This document shows, piece by piece, positions 36,610 through 48,026 of a stretch of 64,000 bases of DNA. Under the pieces are notes generated by a model. That model saw nothing but the letters and a program-made list of their open reading frames with translations. It had not been told where the DNA came from and did not search any database. The stretch lies in contig CAWANH010000001.1 of NCBI GenBank assembly GCA_963783375.1, positions 176,830 through 240,829 on the forward strand, given 5' to 3'. Position 1 is the stretch's first letter; each line of letters begins with the position of its first letter. The position numbers and the translations under genes are program-made. The DNA is from Candidatus Eiseniibacteriota bacterium (GTDB lineage Bacteria; Eisenbacteria; RBG-16-71-46; JABDJR01).

Positions 36610-38778
36610 TCAGGCGGCTTCGCGGGTCGACGACCCCGAGGAACGCCCGTCCGTCCCATCCAGGAGGTTCCGCACCGCCCGGGAGAGATCATCGGGGGAG
36701 TAGGGTTTCCCCAGGAACGCCCGCGGACCCGGAGCCAGGCCGTCGGCCAGGGCATCGCCCGGATACCCGGAGCTGTAGATCACCCGGGTCTCGGGATGGA
36801 TCCGGACCAGCCGCCGCGCCAGCTCCTCGCCGCTCATCCCGGACATGACCAGATCGGTCACCATGAGATGGATGGGCTCCGCATGGGCGGCGGCGACCTC
36901 CAGGGCCTCCTCCCCGCTCAGGGCGTCTAGCACGGCGTACCCGTCGCTCACGAGCACTTCCCGGGCCAGTTCGCGCACCGCGTCGTCGTCCTCGACCAGG
37001 AGGAGGGTTTCGAATCGTCTCGTGGGCCTCGCCATCACTTCGTGCTCGATTCTCTGCGGCTTCGCCGCCGGCGCGGCGGTCGCGCGCGGAAGGTACACCT
37101 TGAAGCGGGCGCCCTCGCCCCGCCGGCTCTCCACCTGGATTCCTCCCCCGCTCTGCCTCACGATGCCGTAGACCGTCGAGAGGCCCAGCCCGGTCCCCTT
37201 GGCCGGGGCCTTGGTGGTGAAGAACGGTTCGAAGATGCGATCCAGAATCGCGGGCTCGATTCCCTCCCCGGTGTCCTCCACCGAAACCGTGACGTAGTCG
37301 CCGGGGGGGCACGAGTGATCCGCGCACCGGCACGTTCCCTCGGTGATCCGGCTGCGGCCGGTGAGGATCCGTATCCGTCCCCCGCCGGGCATCGCGTCCC
37401 GGGAGTTCACGACCAGGTTCATGAGAACCTGCTCCAGCTGGACGCGATCCGCCCTCACCACCACCGACTCCTCTCCCAGCCGGGTCTCCAGGCTCAGGTT
37501 CTCCCCCACCAGGCGGCGGAGCATGACCGCCATGTCGGCCACCACCTCGTTCACGTCGAGCAGTTCGGGACGGAGCACCTGCTTGCGGCTGAAGGCCAGG
37601 AGTTTCCGGGTGAGGGACGCCGCTCGCCCGGCCGCCCGGATGATCTGTTCCATCGGCGCCCGGAGGGTGGATTCCGGTTCGGTCCGCGACCTGGCGATCT
37701 CGGCGTAGCCGGATATCGCGGTGAGGAGGTTGTTGAAGTCGTGGGCCACTCCCCCGGCCAGCCTGCCGATCGCCTCCATCTTCTGGGCCTGCCTGAGCTC
37801 CTCCTCCCTACGTTCCAGGGCTTCCGCGGTCCGCTTCCGTTCGATCAACACCGCGAGGTAGCCGCCCAGGCTCTCCACCCAGCGGACCAGTCGGTCGGAG
37901 ACCCGCACCGTGTCCGGGTTGGCCAGGCTCAGGGCGCCGAAGGTCTTCCTCTCGAAGGTCAGGGGGACGGAGATGAAGGTCCGGATCCGCTCCGCCCGGA
38001 GCATCGGGTTTCCGAATTCCACCCGGCTCAGGGCATCGCATTCGACCAGGGTCCGCCCGCTCTCGATCACCAGCCCGGAAAGGGTCTCGTTCCGGGGGAT
38101 TCTGAGCTCCCCGTCGATGCCGCCGGGAGCCAGTCCGTGGAAGCCCATGAACACCATGACGTCCGCGTCGGGGTCGTGGAGCTCGACGGTCACGATCGGG
38201 AAACCGGTGTTGACGGAGATCTCCCGGGTGATCTCCCGATAGGCCCGATCGATGTCCGGCTCGAGGCGGATGATCTCGGCGATGCGGTGGAAGGTGCTGA
38301 GTTGGCGATGTCCCAGGCTCAGAGCCGACTCGGTGTTCCGGGCTTCGGTGACGTCGCGGCAGACGAACACCGTCCCCGAGACCGAGCCGGATTCGTCCAG
38401 CAGCGGCCGGCCGGAGACCGAGATCCATCGCTCGGCTCCTCCCTCCCCGCTCACCGCGAGCTCGAGACCGGCACTGATCGTCGTCGCGTCGCCGTCCACG
38501 CCGCCGTCGTTCCCGATGAGGAGGGGGATCAGGGCGTCGGGAAGGTCGGGGGCACGGTCGGATCCTTCGGTTCCCAGCAGGCTCCGGGCGGCGGCGTTTC
38601 CGAATCGTACGCGACCGTCGGTTCCCACCAGGAGAACCGCGTCCCGCATCGCATCAAGAACCGAACCCAGAGGTCCGTCCATGGCGAACTCGCTCAACCG
38701 CGTGTCCTTTCCGCCCTCCGGTTCGGGATGTACCGCCCCGATCACCCCTGGGAATCCAGTCCCTCTTTCGGAGTCCAT
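36610..38778 (-). CDS. Cytoplasmic hybrid histidine kinase (PAS-GAF-HisKA-HATPase-REC; CckA-like)
   Basis: [46 protein letters not shown]. Start uncertain. Confidence 0.92.
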   Translation of the reverse strand: MDSERGTGFPGVIGAVHPEPEGGKDTRLSEFAMDGPLGSVLDAMRDAVLLVGTDGRVRFGNAAARSLLGTEGSDRAPDLPDALIPLLIGNDGGVDGDATTISAGLELAVSGEGGAERWISVSGRPLLDESGSVSGTVFVCRDVTEARNTESALSLGHRQLSTFHRIAEIIRLEPDIDRAYREITREISVNTGFPIVTVELHDPDADVMVFMGFHGLAPGGIDGELRIPRNETLSGLVIESGRTLVECDALSRVEFGNPMLRAERIRTFISVPLTFERKTFGALSLANPDTVRVSDRLVRWVESLGGYLAVLIERKRTAEALERREEELRQAQKMEAIGRLAGGVAHDFNNLLTAISGYAEIARSRTEPESTLRAPMEQIIRAAGRAASLTRKLLAFSRKQVLRPELLDVNEVVADMAVMLRRLVGENLSLETRLGEESVVVRADRVQLEQVLMNLVVNSRDAMPGGGRIRILTGRSRITEGTCRCADHSCPPGDYVTVSVEDTGEGIEPAILDRIFEPFFTTKAPAKGTGLGLSTVYGIVRQSGGGIQVESRRGEGARFKVYLPRATAAPAAKPQRIEHEVMARPTRRFETLLLVEDDDAVRELAREVLVSDGYAVLDALSGEEALEVAAAHAEPIHLMVTDLVMSGMSGEELARRLVRIHPETRVIYSSGYPGDALADGLAPGPRAFLGKPYSPDDLSRAVRNLLDGTDGRSSGSSTREAA

Positions 38779-38941
38779 CGACCGGGCGACGCGGGTCTTG
38801 AGGTATGGAAACCGGGAGTCATGCGGATTCCATATTGAGTTTCAAGGGATCGAAAATGCGAGCGGAATGGCAATTTCTTGGCGCGGGAACGGGTGAATTG
38901 GGGGGGATCCCCCGGCCGGGCCGGACGCTCAGGACCGTGGA

Positions 38942-40117
38942 CTACGGCTGCACCCGGATCCGGGGAACGTGCTCGGCGATCCGGGCGAGGACCTCGTAGG
39001 GGATGGTGCCGCACCAGCCGGCGAGGTCCTCGGCTCGAATCCGTTCGTCGCCCTGGGCCCCCATGAGAACCACCTCGTCCTCCAGCGCGACTTCGGGGAG
39101 ATGGGTCACATCCACCATGGTGACGTTCATGCACACCCGGCCGCGAACCGGGGCGCGGCGCCCCCGGATCAAAACGTGGCCCACGTTGCTCAGCCCGCGA
39201 TCGAAACCGTCGGCGTAGCCCAGGGGAAGCACCGCGATCCGGCTGGCCACCGGGGCCCGCCACGAACAGCCGTATCCCACGTAGGCGCCGGCGGGGACGT
39301 CCTTCACCTGGGCCACCCTGGTCTTCCAGGCCAGCGCCGGTTTCAGATCCATGGCTGCGTCCTCGACGTGGTTGGCCGAGACCCGGGTTTCCTTGCTGGG
39401 CCAGATGCCGTAGGAGGAGATTCCCACCCGGGCCATCGCGAAGTGGGATTCGGGGAAGAGGATCGCCGCCGCCGAACAGGCGGCGTGGGGAACCGGCACC
39501 TCCACCCCCGCCTCGCGAACCCGGCCCAGGGCGCGGCCGAACCGTTCCAGCTGTTCCCCGGCGTAGCTGTGATCGGTGGTGTCCTCGATGTTGGCGAAGT
39601 GGGTGGTGAGGCCTTCGAGCCGGAGACCGGGCAGGGACTGCACCAGGCGCACGTAGTCCAGCAGCTCGTCCTCGGGGATGCCGTAACGATGGGTGCCGGT
39701 CTCCACCTTGAGGTGCACCCGGCACTCCCTTCCCCGTTCCGTGGCGGCCCGGGAGAGCGCGGCGAGGCTCTCGCGATTGAACACCACCGGACTCCCCTCG
39801 GCGTCAACCACGGTTTCCCAGGCGTTCAGGGGAACGTACCCCAGCACCAGCACCGGGAGCCGGACCCCGGCGTCGCGCACCTGGGCGAGCTCATCCACCG
39901 AGATCACCGCCAGCCGGTGGACGATCCCCGAGGCCTCGTCCTCGCGGGCCACCAGCTCCAGGCCGTGCCCGTAGGCGTTGGACTTGACCACGTGGGCCAG
40001 CTCCACCCCCGGCCCAAGCCGGCGGCGGAAGGCGTGCAGGTTGGCCAGGAGGGCGGCGGTGTCGATCTCGACCCAGGTCAGGGCGGTTCGGCCGGCGCGG
40101 CGTTGCCAGGGTTTCAT
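38942..40117 (-). CDS. alr: Alanine racemase
   Basis: VVKSNAYGHG (PLP Lys), HLKVETG, THFA, GYADG, GRVCM, TIPYE. Confidence 0.95.
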   Translation of the reverse strand: MKPWQRRAGRTALTWVEIDTAALLANLHAFRRRLGPGVELAHVVKSNAYGHGLELVAREDEASGIVHRLAVISVDELAQVRDAGVRLPVLVLGYVPLNAWETVVDAEGSPVVFNRESLAALSRAATERGRECRVHLKVETGTHRYGIPEDELLDYVRLVQSLPGLRLEGLTTHFANIEDTTDHSYAGEQLERFGRALGRVREAGVEVPVPHAACSAAAILFPESHFAMARVGISSYGIWPSKETRVSANHVEDAAMDLKPALAWKTRVAQVKDVPAGAYVGYGCSWRAPVASRIAVLPLGYADGFDRGLSNVGHVLIRGRRAPVRGRVCMNVTMVDVTHLPEVALEDEVVLMGAQGDERIRAEDLAGWCGTIPYEVLARIAEHVPRIRVQP

Positions 40118-40746
40118 GGCCGGCGGAGGCTGACCCCGACGCCGTCCCGCACCGGCATCAGGCTGGACAGGTATCCGGCGTCGTCCCACATGAGTCTAAG
40201 GTACTCCCGGACCCCCTCGGTGGGCTCGTCGGAGAGGCCCTCGGCCACCCGGCCGCTCCACACCAGGTTGTCCACCACGGCCAGGCCGCCCGGCTTCACC
40301 CGGTCGCGAAAGATGCGGTAGCCCTCGGGATACTGCTCCTTGTCGATGTCCATGAACACGATGTCGAATTCGCCGGGGGTGCGCTTCAGGATCTCACGGG
40401 CATCGCCGGTGGTGAAGACCACCCGGTCGAGAAGGCCGGCCTGGGAGAGGTATTCCCGGGCCCGCTCCGTGTTCCCGGGGTTTCCGTCGGTGTGATAGAC
40501 CCGGCCGTCCGGTCCCACCGCGCGGGCGAACCAGAGGGTGGAGTAGCCGAATCCCGACCCCATCTCGAACACCCGCTTCGCTCCGGAGACCGTGGCGAGC
40601 TGGAAGAGCAACCGGCCCACCTCGGGGCCGACGATGGGGAATCCGCGCTCGCGGGCCTCGGCGTGCATGGCGGCGAGGACCGGATCGTCCGGGACATCGG
40701 CCAGGTTCCGGAGCCATTCAGCAACGTCGTCGCGTATGAAACCCAT
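40114..40746 (-). CDS. SAM-dependent O-methyltransferase (COMT/YrrM-like)
   Basis: EMGSGFGYS, FMDIDKEQY, VVDNLVWSG. Confidence 0.9.
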   Translation of the reverse strand: MGFIRDDVAEWLRNLADVPDDPVLAAMHAEARERGFPIVGPEVGRLLFQLATVSGAKRVFEMGSGFGYSTLWFARAVGPDGRVYHTDGNPGNTERAREYLSQAGLLDRVVFTTGDAREILKRTPGEFDIVFMDIDKEQYPEGYRIFRDRVKPGGLAVVDNLVWSGRVAEGLSDEPTEGVREYLRLMWDDAGYLSSLMPVRDGVGVSLRRP

Positions 40747-40863
40747 GCGGTCCTCCGTGGCGGCCGCGCGGACGGACCGGAGAGCGGGCGCGGTCGGGGT
40801 TCAGGGGGGAGGGTCGATCGGACCGGGGGGAGGAGAGTTGCCGAAGGCCCCGCGCTTCCGGCA

Positions 40864-41271
40864 TCAATAGCGAGGCAGGCTCGGGTCCACCTGGACCGCC
40901 CAGCGGTCCACGCCGCCGGCCAGGCTCTTCACCTGCTCGTAGCCCAGATCCCAGAGCACCATGGCGGCATCCATGCTCCGGATCCCGTGATGACAGTAGA
41001 GAACGATTTCGTCCAGAGGGTCGAGGTCCTCTTCGGCGCGATACTCCAGCTCGCTCAGCGGAACATGGAGCGAGCCGGGGATCGAGGCGATGTTCGCCTC
41101 CCAGGGCTCCCGGACATCCACGAGGACGATGGGATCCCCCACGTCCAGGCGCCGGCGAAGCTCGAGAGGGGTGATCTCCCAGGCATCCACCTTGTCCGTG
41201 TTGAGACGTTCCGCTCCCTTCCAGTCGGATGGCCACCAGGACCAGTTGCTGTCCGAAGGGGTCGAGCGCAT
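40864..41271 (-). CDS. Single-domain rhodanese
   Basis: VDVREPWE, YCHHGIRS, LAGGVDRW...DPSLPRY. Confidence 0.9.
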   Translation of the reverse strand: MRSTPSDSNWSWWPSDWKGAERLNTDKVDAWEITPLELRRRLDVGDPIVLVDVREPWEANIASIPGSLHVPLSELEYRAEEDLDPLDEIVLYCHHGIRSMDAAMVLWDLGYEQVKSLAGGVDRWAVQVDPSLPRY

Positions 41272-41476
41272 TCCTGTCGTTCCTTCCTGGCCGGGTGGGG
41301 CCGGTCCAAATGGCCGGCCACGTCTCGATCGGGTCCGGGGGCCAGAGACCCCCGTCCAAGTGGTAATGATACCCCGAACCCGGGGGGGGAGTCCCGTTCT
41401 TCCTGGGAACGCCCCGAGTTCCTTTTAAGCTATTGATCGACAACAGATTGCAATTCAGGACCGAACCAATCCGGAA

Positions 41477-42043
41477 TCAACCCTCCAGGACCGCGGCCGC
41501 CCCCTGAACCAGGGTCTGCTCGATCGCCTCGGGCCCGCCCTCCACCAGTCCCTGGCGCTCGAAGAACGCCAGGCGAATGGCCATCCCCAGGAGCAACGCC
41601 GTCTTGGCCCCGACCGCCCCCCCCGGGATCTCCCCCGCCTCCATGGACCGGGCCAGCTCCCGCTGAACCACGTCCCGGGGCTTGGGATGGGAAACCAGCC
41701 ACCGGGCGTAGTCCGAGTGGAAGACCTGGAAGAGGTAGGCGTACTCCCCGGGGCGGGCCCGGGCGAAGCGCACCAGCCCCAAGAGCGCCCCCAGAACCCG
41801 CTCCGGCGGCCTCTCCCGCCGGACGACCTCGGCCTCCATGGCTTCGAGGAATGCCCGGTAAGCCTCGTCGAAGAGCTCGTGGGCCAACTCCTCCTTTCCG
41901 GGCCAGTGCTTGTAGATGGCCGCCTGGGAGCACCGGGCGCGACGGGCGATTTCCTGGGTGGTCGTCCCGGCCACCCCCTTTCGCGCCAGAAGCTCCACCG
42001 CGGCCTTCCGGATCCGGTCCCGCGCCCCTTTCGTCTCAGTCAT
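41477..42043 (-). CDS. TetR/AcrR-family regulator
   Basis: TTQEIARRARCSQAAIYKHWPGKEEL; SD GGAGGG. Confidence 0.9.
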   Translation of the reverse strand: MTETKGARDRIRKAAVELLARKGVAGTTTQEIARRARCSQAAIYKHWPGKEELAHELFDEAYRAFLEAMEAEVVRRERPPERVLGALLGLVRFARARPGEYAYLFQVFHSDYARWLVSHPKPRDVVQRELARSMEAGEIPGGAVGAKTALLLGMAIRLAFFERQGLVEGGPEAIEQTLVQGAAAVLEG

Positions 42044-42061
42044 CACGATCCCCTCCACCTT

Positions 42062-42081
42062 GTGAGTGAACATTTACTTAC
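42062..42081. promoter_or_regulatory. Candidate TetR operator overlapping the tetR promoter
   Basis: Imperfect dyad GTGAGTGAAC/ATTTACTTAC; TTGACA on the minus strand at 42098-42103. Confidence 0.55.
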
Positions 42082-42233
42082 CTCACGGCCGACCGCTTGT
42101 CAACCTCGGAACCGTGGAGTACCCTTCTTCCTACGGGCGCACTCATCCTGGCCTCCGCGCCCTCCCGCAAAACCATCATCTTCGCCGGCCCTGGCCTGCA
42201 TCAGCCGGCGCGCCCGGGGGGAAGGAGCACGAC

Positions 42234-43643
42234 GTGGCGGAAGCGCGATCCTATGACGTGGTGATCATCGGGGCCGGCCCCGGCGGGTACGTGGCCGCGG
42301 TCCGGGCGGCCCAGCTCGGTCTCCGGACAGCGGTGGTCGAACGGGACAAGGCGCTGGGCGGCACCTGCCTCCTCCGGGGGTGCGTCCCCACCAAGTTCCT
42401 GCTCCAGGCCGCCTCGCTCTACGACGAGTTCAAGACCATGGACCGGTACGGCCTCCAGGGGTCCGGGATCACCGTCCAGTGGCGGAAGACCCTGGAAGGG
42501 AAGACCAAGACGGTGCGGCGGCTCACCGCGGCGGTCAAGAGCCTCATGAAGAAGGGCGGAATCGAGGTCTTCGAGGGGCACGGCCGCCTCGACGGCGCCC
42601 ACAAGGTGACGGTGGAAATGAACGCCGGGGGAACCGAGACGCTGGAGACCCGCTTCGTCCTCCTCGCCACCGGCTCCTATCCGAAGATGCTCCCCTTCCT
42701 CACCCGGGATGGGAAGCGTGTGATCACCTCGGACGAGGCGCTGGAGCTCCCCGAGATTCCGAAGTCGCTGGTGGTCATCGGATCCGGCGCGGTGGGGAGC
42801 GAGTTCGCCTCCATCTACAACTCCTTCGGGACGAAGGTCACGCTCCTGGAGGCGCTCCCCCGCCTGGTCCCCAACGAGGACGCCGACGTTTCGGCCGAGC
42901 TGGCCAAGGCCTTCAAGAAGCACGGCATCGACGCCCGGGCCGGGGTCAAGGTAACCGGCGCCGAGGTGGGTGAAGACCGGGTCGCGGTGAGCGTGGAGGG
43001 CGGCGACGGAAAGGCCGAGACGATCGAGGCGGAGGTGCTCCTGGTAGCGGTTGGGCGCGGCCCCATCTCCAAGGACGTGGGGCTGAATACGGTGAACGTC
43101 CAGCCCGACCCGGGGGGATTCGTCCCCGTGGACGGCTTCATGCGCACCTCCGAGCCCGGGATCTACGCCATCGGAGACCTCGTTCCCACCCAGGGCCTGG
43201 CCCACCTTGCCTCCAAGGAAGGCATCCTCGCGGTGGAGCACATGGCCGGGCGCGAGGTGCGGCCGATCCGCTACGAGACCGTCCCCAACGCCATCTACTC
43301 CAACCCCGAGGTCGGCTCGGTCGGCCTGACCGAGGAGAAGGCCCGGGAGCTGGGCCATGACGTCAAGATCGGCAAGTTCCCCTTCACCCATTCGTCGAAG
43401 GCCATGATCGGAAACCACCAGGAGGGCTTCGCCAAGATCGTGGCCGACGCGCGTTACGACGAGGTCCTGGGCGTTCACGTCGTGGGCTACAAGGCCACCG
43501 AGCTCATCGCGGAAGCGGTGGTCGGCATGACCCTGGAGACCACGGTGGAGGAGCTGTTCCGGGCCATTCACCCTCATCCCACCCTCTCCGAGGCGATCAT
43601 GGAGGCGGCGGAGAACCTGCATGGCGAAAGCATCCACATCTGA
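42234..43643 (+). CDS. lpdA: Dihydrolipoyl dehydrogenase (E3)
   Basis: IGAGPGGY, GGTCLLRGCVPTK, IGSGAVG, HPHPTLSE; SD AAGGAG before GTG 42234. Confidence 0.96.
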   Translation: MAEARSYDVVIIGAGPGGYVAAVRAAQLGLRTAVVERDKALGGTCLLRGCVPTKFLLQAASLYDEFKTMDRYGLQGSGITVQWRKTLEGKTKTVRRLTAAVKSLMKKGGIEVFEGHGRLDGAHKVTVEMNAGGTETLETRFVLLATGSYPKMLPFLTRDGKRVITSDEALELPEIPKSLVVIGSGAVGSEFASIYNSFGTKVTLLEALPRLVPNEDADVSAELAKAFKKHGIDARAGVKVTGAEVGEDRVAVSVEGGDGKAETIEAEVLLVAVGRGPISKDVGLNTVNVQPDPGGFVPVDGFMRTSEPGIYAIGDLVPTQGLAHLASKEGILAVEHMAGREVRPIRYETVPNAIYSNPEVGSVGLTEEKARELGHDVKIGKFPFTHSSKAMIGNHQEGFAKIVADARYDEVLGVHVVGYKATELIAEAVVGMTLETTVEELFRAIHPHPTLSEAIMEAAENLHGESIHI

Positions 43644-44728
43644 GAAGGGCGATGGATCGCGCCGCCGGGGCCCCCGAAACCCCGCCCGCGGCCGGCGACC
43701 GTCGTCCGGCCTTTCCCGCGAGCGGCTCTTGGAGATCCATCGGTGGATGCTCCTCACCCGAAAGCTCGAAGAGCGCCTGGTGAACCTCTACCGCCAGAAC
43801 AAGATCGTCGGAGGGCTCTACCGGAGCCTCGGACAGGAGGCGGAGACGGTGGGGGCGGTCGCGGCGCTCGAGCCCCAGGACTGGATCGGCCCGTTGATCC
43901 GGAACCTGGGCGCGGTGCTGGTGAAGGGCTACCGGCCGCGGGACGTCCTCATGCAGTACATGGCCCGCTCCGGCGGCCCTACCGGGGGCAAGGACCTCAA
44001 CACCCACTTCGGCAACGGCGAGCGCGGGGTCGTCTCCCCCATCAGCATGCTCGGGGAAACCGTGCCGGTGATGGCCGGGGTGGCCCTGGCCATGAAGCTC
44101 CGCAAGGAGGACCGCGTGGCGCTCACCTGGACCGGGGACGGCGGCACCTCCACCGGGGCCTTCTACGAGGGAATGAACCTGGCCGCGGTCTGGAAGCTCC
44201 CGCTCATCCTGGTGGCGGAGCACAACGGCTACGCCTACTCCACCCCCACCTCCCGCCAGATGGCGGTGAAGGACATCGCGGACAAGGCGTTGGGGCTGGG
44301 AATTCCCGGGGTCGCCGTGGACGGGAACGATCCCCTGATCGTCTTCGACGCGGTGCGCGAGGCTCGCGCGCGGGCGACGGCGGGGAAGGGACCGACCCTG
44401 ATCGAGGTCAAGACCTACCGCCGGAAGGGCCACGCCGAGCACGACACCCAGAAGTACGTGCCCGAGGGCGAGGTGGAGCGGTGGGCGGAGGAAAACGATC
44501 CCCTGGACCGCTACGAGGCGATTCCTGAAGGAATCCGGTCACGCGAACGATGACGACCTGGCCCGCATCGCCGGCGAGCTCGCCTCCCTGATCGACGAGG
44601 AGGTCGAGGCGGCCATGGCCTCTCCCATGCCCGAGCCGGCGTTCGCCCTGGAGGCGGTCTACGCCGACCCGCCCCGCGCGGTGGATCATCTCGCCCCCTA
44701 CCGGACCGGGAAGGGCGGGGACCGATGA
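43621..44728 (+). CDS. 2-oxoacid dehydrogenase E1 alpha subunit, apparent frameshift near 44515-44521
   Basis: GQEA, GDGGTSTG...NGYAYST, YRRKGHAEHD. The normal C-terminus FLKESG...EAAMASPMPEP...VY continues in another frame to TGA 44728, overlapping the beta-subunit ATG. Confidence 0.88.
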
Positions 44729-45699
44729 GCGCGATCACCTACCTCGAGGCCATCCGCCAGGGCCTGTTCGAGGAGATGGAGCGGGACGAGCGGGTGCTCC
44801 TCCTCGGCGAGGACGTGGGCACCTACGGCGGGGCGTTCGGGGTCACCAGCGGTCTCAAGCAACGGTTCGGCGACGAGCGGGTGCTCGACACCACCCTCTC
44901 CGAGACCGGGTTCACCGGCGCGGCCTGCGGGGCGGCGCTCATGGGCTTCCGTCCGGTGGTGGAGTTCCAGTTCATCGACTTCATCTCCAGCGCCTTCGAC
45001 GTCATCACCAACTTCGCGGCCACCGGGCGCTACCGCACCGGGATGTCTCTCCCCCTCGTGCTCCGCGGTCCCACCGGGGGCGGGGTCCACGCCGGCCCCT
45101 TCCACAGCCAGAATCCCGAGGCCTTCTTCTTCAACACCCCCGGGCTCAAGATCGTGGCCCCGGCCACCGCCTACGACGCCAAGGGGCTCCTGAAGGCGGC
45201 GATCCGGGACGAGGATCCGGTGATCTACCTGGAGCACAAGTACCTCTACCGGCGGGTGAAGGAAGAGCTCCCCACCGACGACTACGAGGTCCCGCTCGGG
45301 AAGGGCATCGTCCGCCGCGAGGGGACCGATCTCTCCATCATCACCTACGGCGGCATGCTACCCCGCTCCCTGGAGGCGGCCGACGCCCTGGCCGGGGAGG
45401 GAATCTCGGCCGAGGTGGTGGACCTCCGCTCTCTCCTCCCCTTCGACGAGGAGTTGATCCTGGCCTCGGTGCGGAAGACGTCCCGGGCCCTGATCGTTCA
45501 CGAGGCGACCTTGACCGGCGGGGTGGGTGCGGAATTCGCCGCCCGCATCGCCGAAAAAGCCTTCGAATACCTCGACGCGCCGGTGACGCGGGTGGCGAGC
45601 CTCGACACCCCGGTCCCCCACAGCCCGCCGCTCGAGGGCTTCTTCATGCCCGACACCCCGATCATCACGAACGCCGCCCGGAAGCTCGCGGCCTACTGA
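44725..45699 (+). CDS. 2-oxoacid dehydrogenase E1 beta subunit
   Basis: GEDVGTYGGAF, LSETG, EFQF, GPFHSQ, DAKGLLK, VVDLRSL. Confidence 0.93.
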   Translation: MSAITYLEAIRQGLFEEMERDERVLLLGEDVGTYGGAFGVTSGLKQRFGDERVLDTTLSETGFTGAACGAALMGFRPVVEFQFIDFISSAFDVITNFAATGRYRTGMSLPLVLRGPTGGGVHAGPFHSQNPEAFFFNTPGLKIVAPATAYDAKGLLKAAIRDEDPVIYLEHKYLYRRVKEELPTDDYEVPLGKGIVRREGTDLSIITYGGMLPRSLEAADALAGEGISAEVVDLRSLLPFDEELILASVRKTSRALIVHEATLTGGVGAEFAARIAEKAFEYLDAPVTRVASLDTPVPHSPPLEGFFMPDTPIITNAARKLAAY

Positions 45700-45713
45700 C
45701 GGAGGCAACTACC

Positions 45714-47221
45714 ATGGCTCAAGACATCATCATGCCCCAGATGGGCGAATCCCTGGCCGAGGGAACCATCACCAAGTGGCTCAAGAAGGTCGGCGACACC
45801 GTGGAGCGGGACGAACCCCTGTTCGAGATCTCCACCGACAAGGTGGACGCCGAGATCCCCGCCCCCGCCGCGGGCACCCTGACCGAGATCCTCCACCAGG
45901 AGGGGGAGACGGTGGACGTGAACACGGTGGTGGGGCGGATCGGGGCCCAGGGCGAGGCCCCGGCCGGGGGCGGCGCCCCGGCGGCGGCCCCGGAGCCCGC
46001 CTCCTTCGAGGCCTCGGGAGAGACGCGCACCGAGGCGCCGGAGAAGCCCGCCCCCGAGCCGGAGCCGGCGAAGACGCCCCCCCCCCGGCGACCGGGCCCG
46101 AGGCTCCCGTCGCCGGCGAAGAGCAGCCGGTGGCCGCGGAGCGAGGCGGGGCGAAGGAGACGGAGACGCCCCGGGGCGACGGGAACGGGGTCGGAGCCGA
46201 GGTGGAGAAACCCTACGACCGGTACTCGGCCGACGAGCTTCGGCGGGTCCGTTCCTCCCCGGTGGTGCGGAAGATCGCCGAGGAGCACGGGGTCGACATC
46301 TCCCGGGTGGAGGGAACCGGGATCTCGGGACGGGTGACCAAGAAGGACATCCTGGACCACCTGGAGAGCGGCGCGGCCGAGGCGCCGGCCGCCAAAGCGG
46401 TCCCCCGGCGCGAGGCCGGACCGGGCGGGGCGGCGCCGGCGCCGGCTCCCCCCTCCCCTGCGCCGGGCGGAGCCCCCGCCGGGGACGGCCTCCATCTCCC
46501 CGATCTCCACATCCCGCCCTACGTGGAGGGGGAACCGGTTCAGATCGAGCCGATGTCGGTGATGCGGAAGAAGATCGCCGACCACATGGTCTACTCCCAG
46601 TCGGTGGCCGCCCACGTGACATCGTTCTTCGACGTGGATTTCGAGGCGGTGGCCCGCCAGCGGAAGGAGCTCAAGGCGGGGTTCGCCGAAAAGGGAGTGA
46701 ACCTCACCTATCTCCCCTTCGTCATCCGCGCGGTGGTGGATGGGCTCCAGCACTTCCCCTACGTGAACGCGTCGGTGATGGGGGACAAGATCGTCCTCAA
46801 GCACGAGATCAACGTCGGGATCGCGGTGGCGCTGGAGGGCGGGAAGGGTCTCATCGTTCCGGTGATCCGAAACGCCGACGAGCGGAACCTCCTCGGCCTG
46901 GCCCGGGCGGTAAACGATCTCGGGGAGCGCGCCCGCACCAAGAAGCTCTCCCCCGACGAGGTCCAGCGGGGCACCTTCTCCATCACCAACCCCGGGGTCT
47001 ACGGGGGTCTCGGCGGAACCCCGATCATCAACCAACCCCAGGTGGCGATCCTGGGGGTGGGGGCGATCGAAAAGCGCCCGGTGGTGATCGACGACGCCAT
47101 CGCCATCCGTCACCGGTGCTATCTCTCCCTCTCCTACGACCACCGGCTGGTGGACGGGGCGATGGCCGAGATGTTCATGGCGCACGTGAAGAAGTTCATC
47201 GAGGCCGGGAATGTCCAGTAG
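45714..47221 (+). CDS. Dihydrolipoamide acyltransferase (E2), frameshift in the C10 run at 46077-46086
   Basis: Lipoyl domain (EISTDKVD) in one frame; E3-binding domain (SPVVRKIA...GTGISGRV) and catalytic YDHRLVDG in another. Confidence 0.9.
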
Positions 47222-47273
47222 CCGCGCCCTTCCCCGACCCGGCGCGCCCGCCGGGCGGGTGTAGACTCCACCC

Positions 47274-48026
47274 ATGGAACGGAGACGACTGGAGGTTTCA
47301 TTCCTGGGGCGAGTGGCCTACGCCGACGGGCTCCGCCTGCAGGAGGAGCGGGTGGAGGCGGTGCGGGCGGGCACCGCGCCCGAGGCCCTGTTTCTGCTGG
47401 AGCACGACCCGGTCATCACCCTGGGCCGAAACGCCCGCGGGGAAAACGTGGTGGCCTCGGCCGACGATCTCGACCGGCTGGGAATCACCGTGGCCGAGTG
47501 CGGCCGCGGCGGGGACGTCACCTATCACGGGCCGGGACAGCTGGTGGGCTATCCCATCGTGAACCTCGCCCCCGACCGGAAGGACGTCTGGAAATACGTC
47601 CGCGGGCTGGAGGAGGCCCTGATCTCCACCCTGGCCGAATTCGGGGTCGAAGGAGGGCGGAAGCAGGGGCTCACCGGGGTCTGGGTGGGGGGCGCCAAGG
47701 TGGCGGCGATCGGGGTCCGGGTGTCGCGATGGATCACCAGCCACGGGTTCGCGCTCAACATCACCACGGACCTCGATCACTTCAGGACCATCGTGCCCTG
47801 CGGCATCCGGAACTACGGGGTGACCAGCATGGAGAAGCTGCTGGACGGGCCGCCCCCTCCGATGCCTCGGGTGGCGGAGCGGTTCGCCGCCCGGTTCGCA
47901 GAGCTGTTCGACCGCGAAACCGTTCACCCCGAACCCTTCCCTTCCCCATCCGGCGACCCCGCCGGGGATCGGGACGGAATCCAGGGCGCGGCCGCGGGCG
48001 GCGCCCGTGGAACGGAGATGGCATGA
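47274..48026 (+). CDS. lipB: Lipoyl(octanoyl) transferase
   Basis: LEHDPVITLG, RGGDVTYHGPGQLVGYP, HGFALN, IVPCG. Confidence 0.95.
   Translation: MERRRLEVSFLGRVAYADGLRLQEERVEAVRAGTAPEALFLLEHDPVITLGRNARGENVVASADDLDRLGITVAECGRGGDVTYHGPGQLVGYPIVNLAPDRKDVWKYVRGLEEALISTLAEFGVEGGRKQGLTGVWVGGAKVAAIGVRVSRWITSHGFALNITTDLDHFRTIVPCGIRNYGVTSMEKLLDGPPPPMPRVAERFAARFAELFDRETVHPEPFPSPSGDPAGDRDGIQGAAAGGARGTEMA

Noticed and set aside
33686-36703. 1005-aa plus-strand ORF and the many other Arg/Pro/Gly-rich overlapping ORFs in the track
   Set aside because: Shadow or off-frame ORFs overlapping genes with clear family motifs.
40864-41271. Stand-alone rhodanese as part of the selD/Ubl relay
   Set aside because: It lies about 30 kb away among unrelated genes (methyltransferase, alr); no evidence links it.
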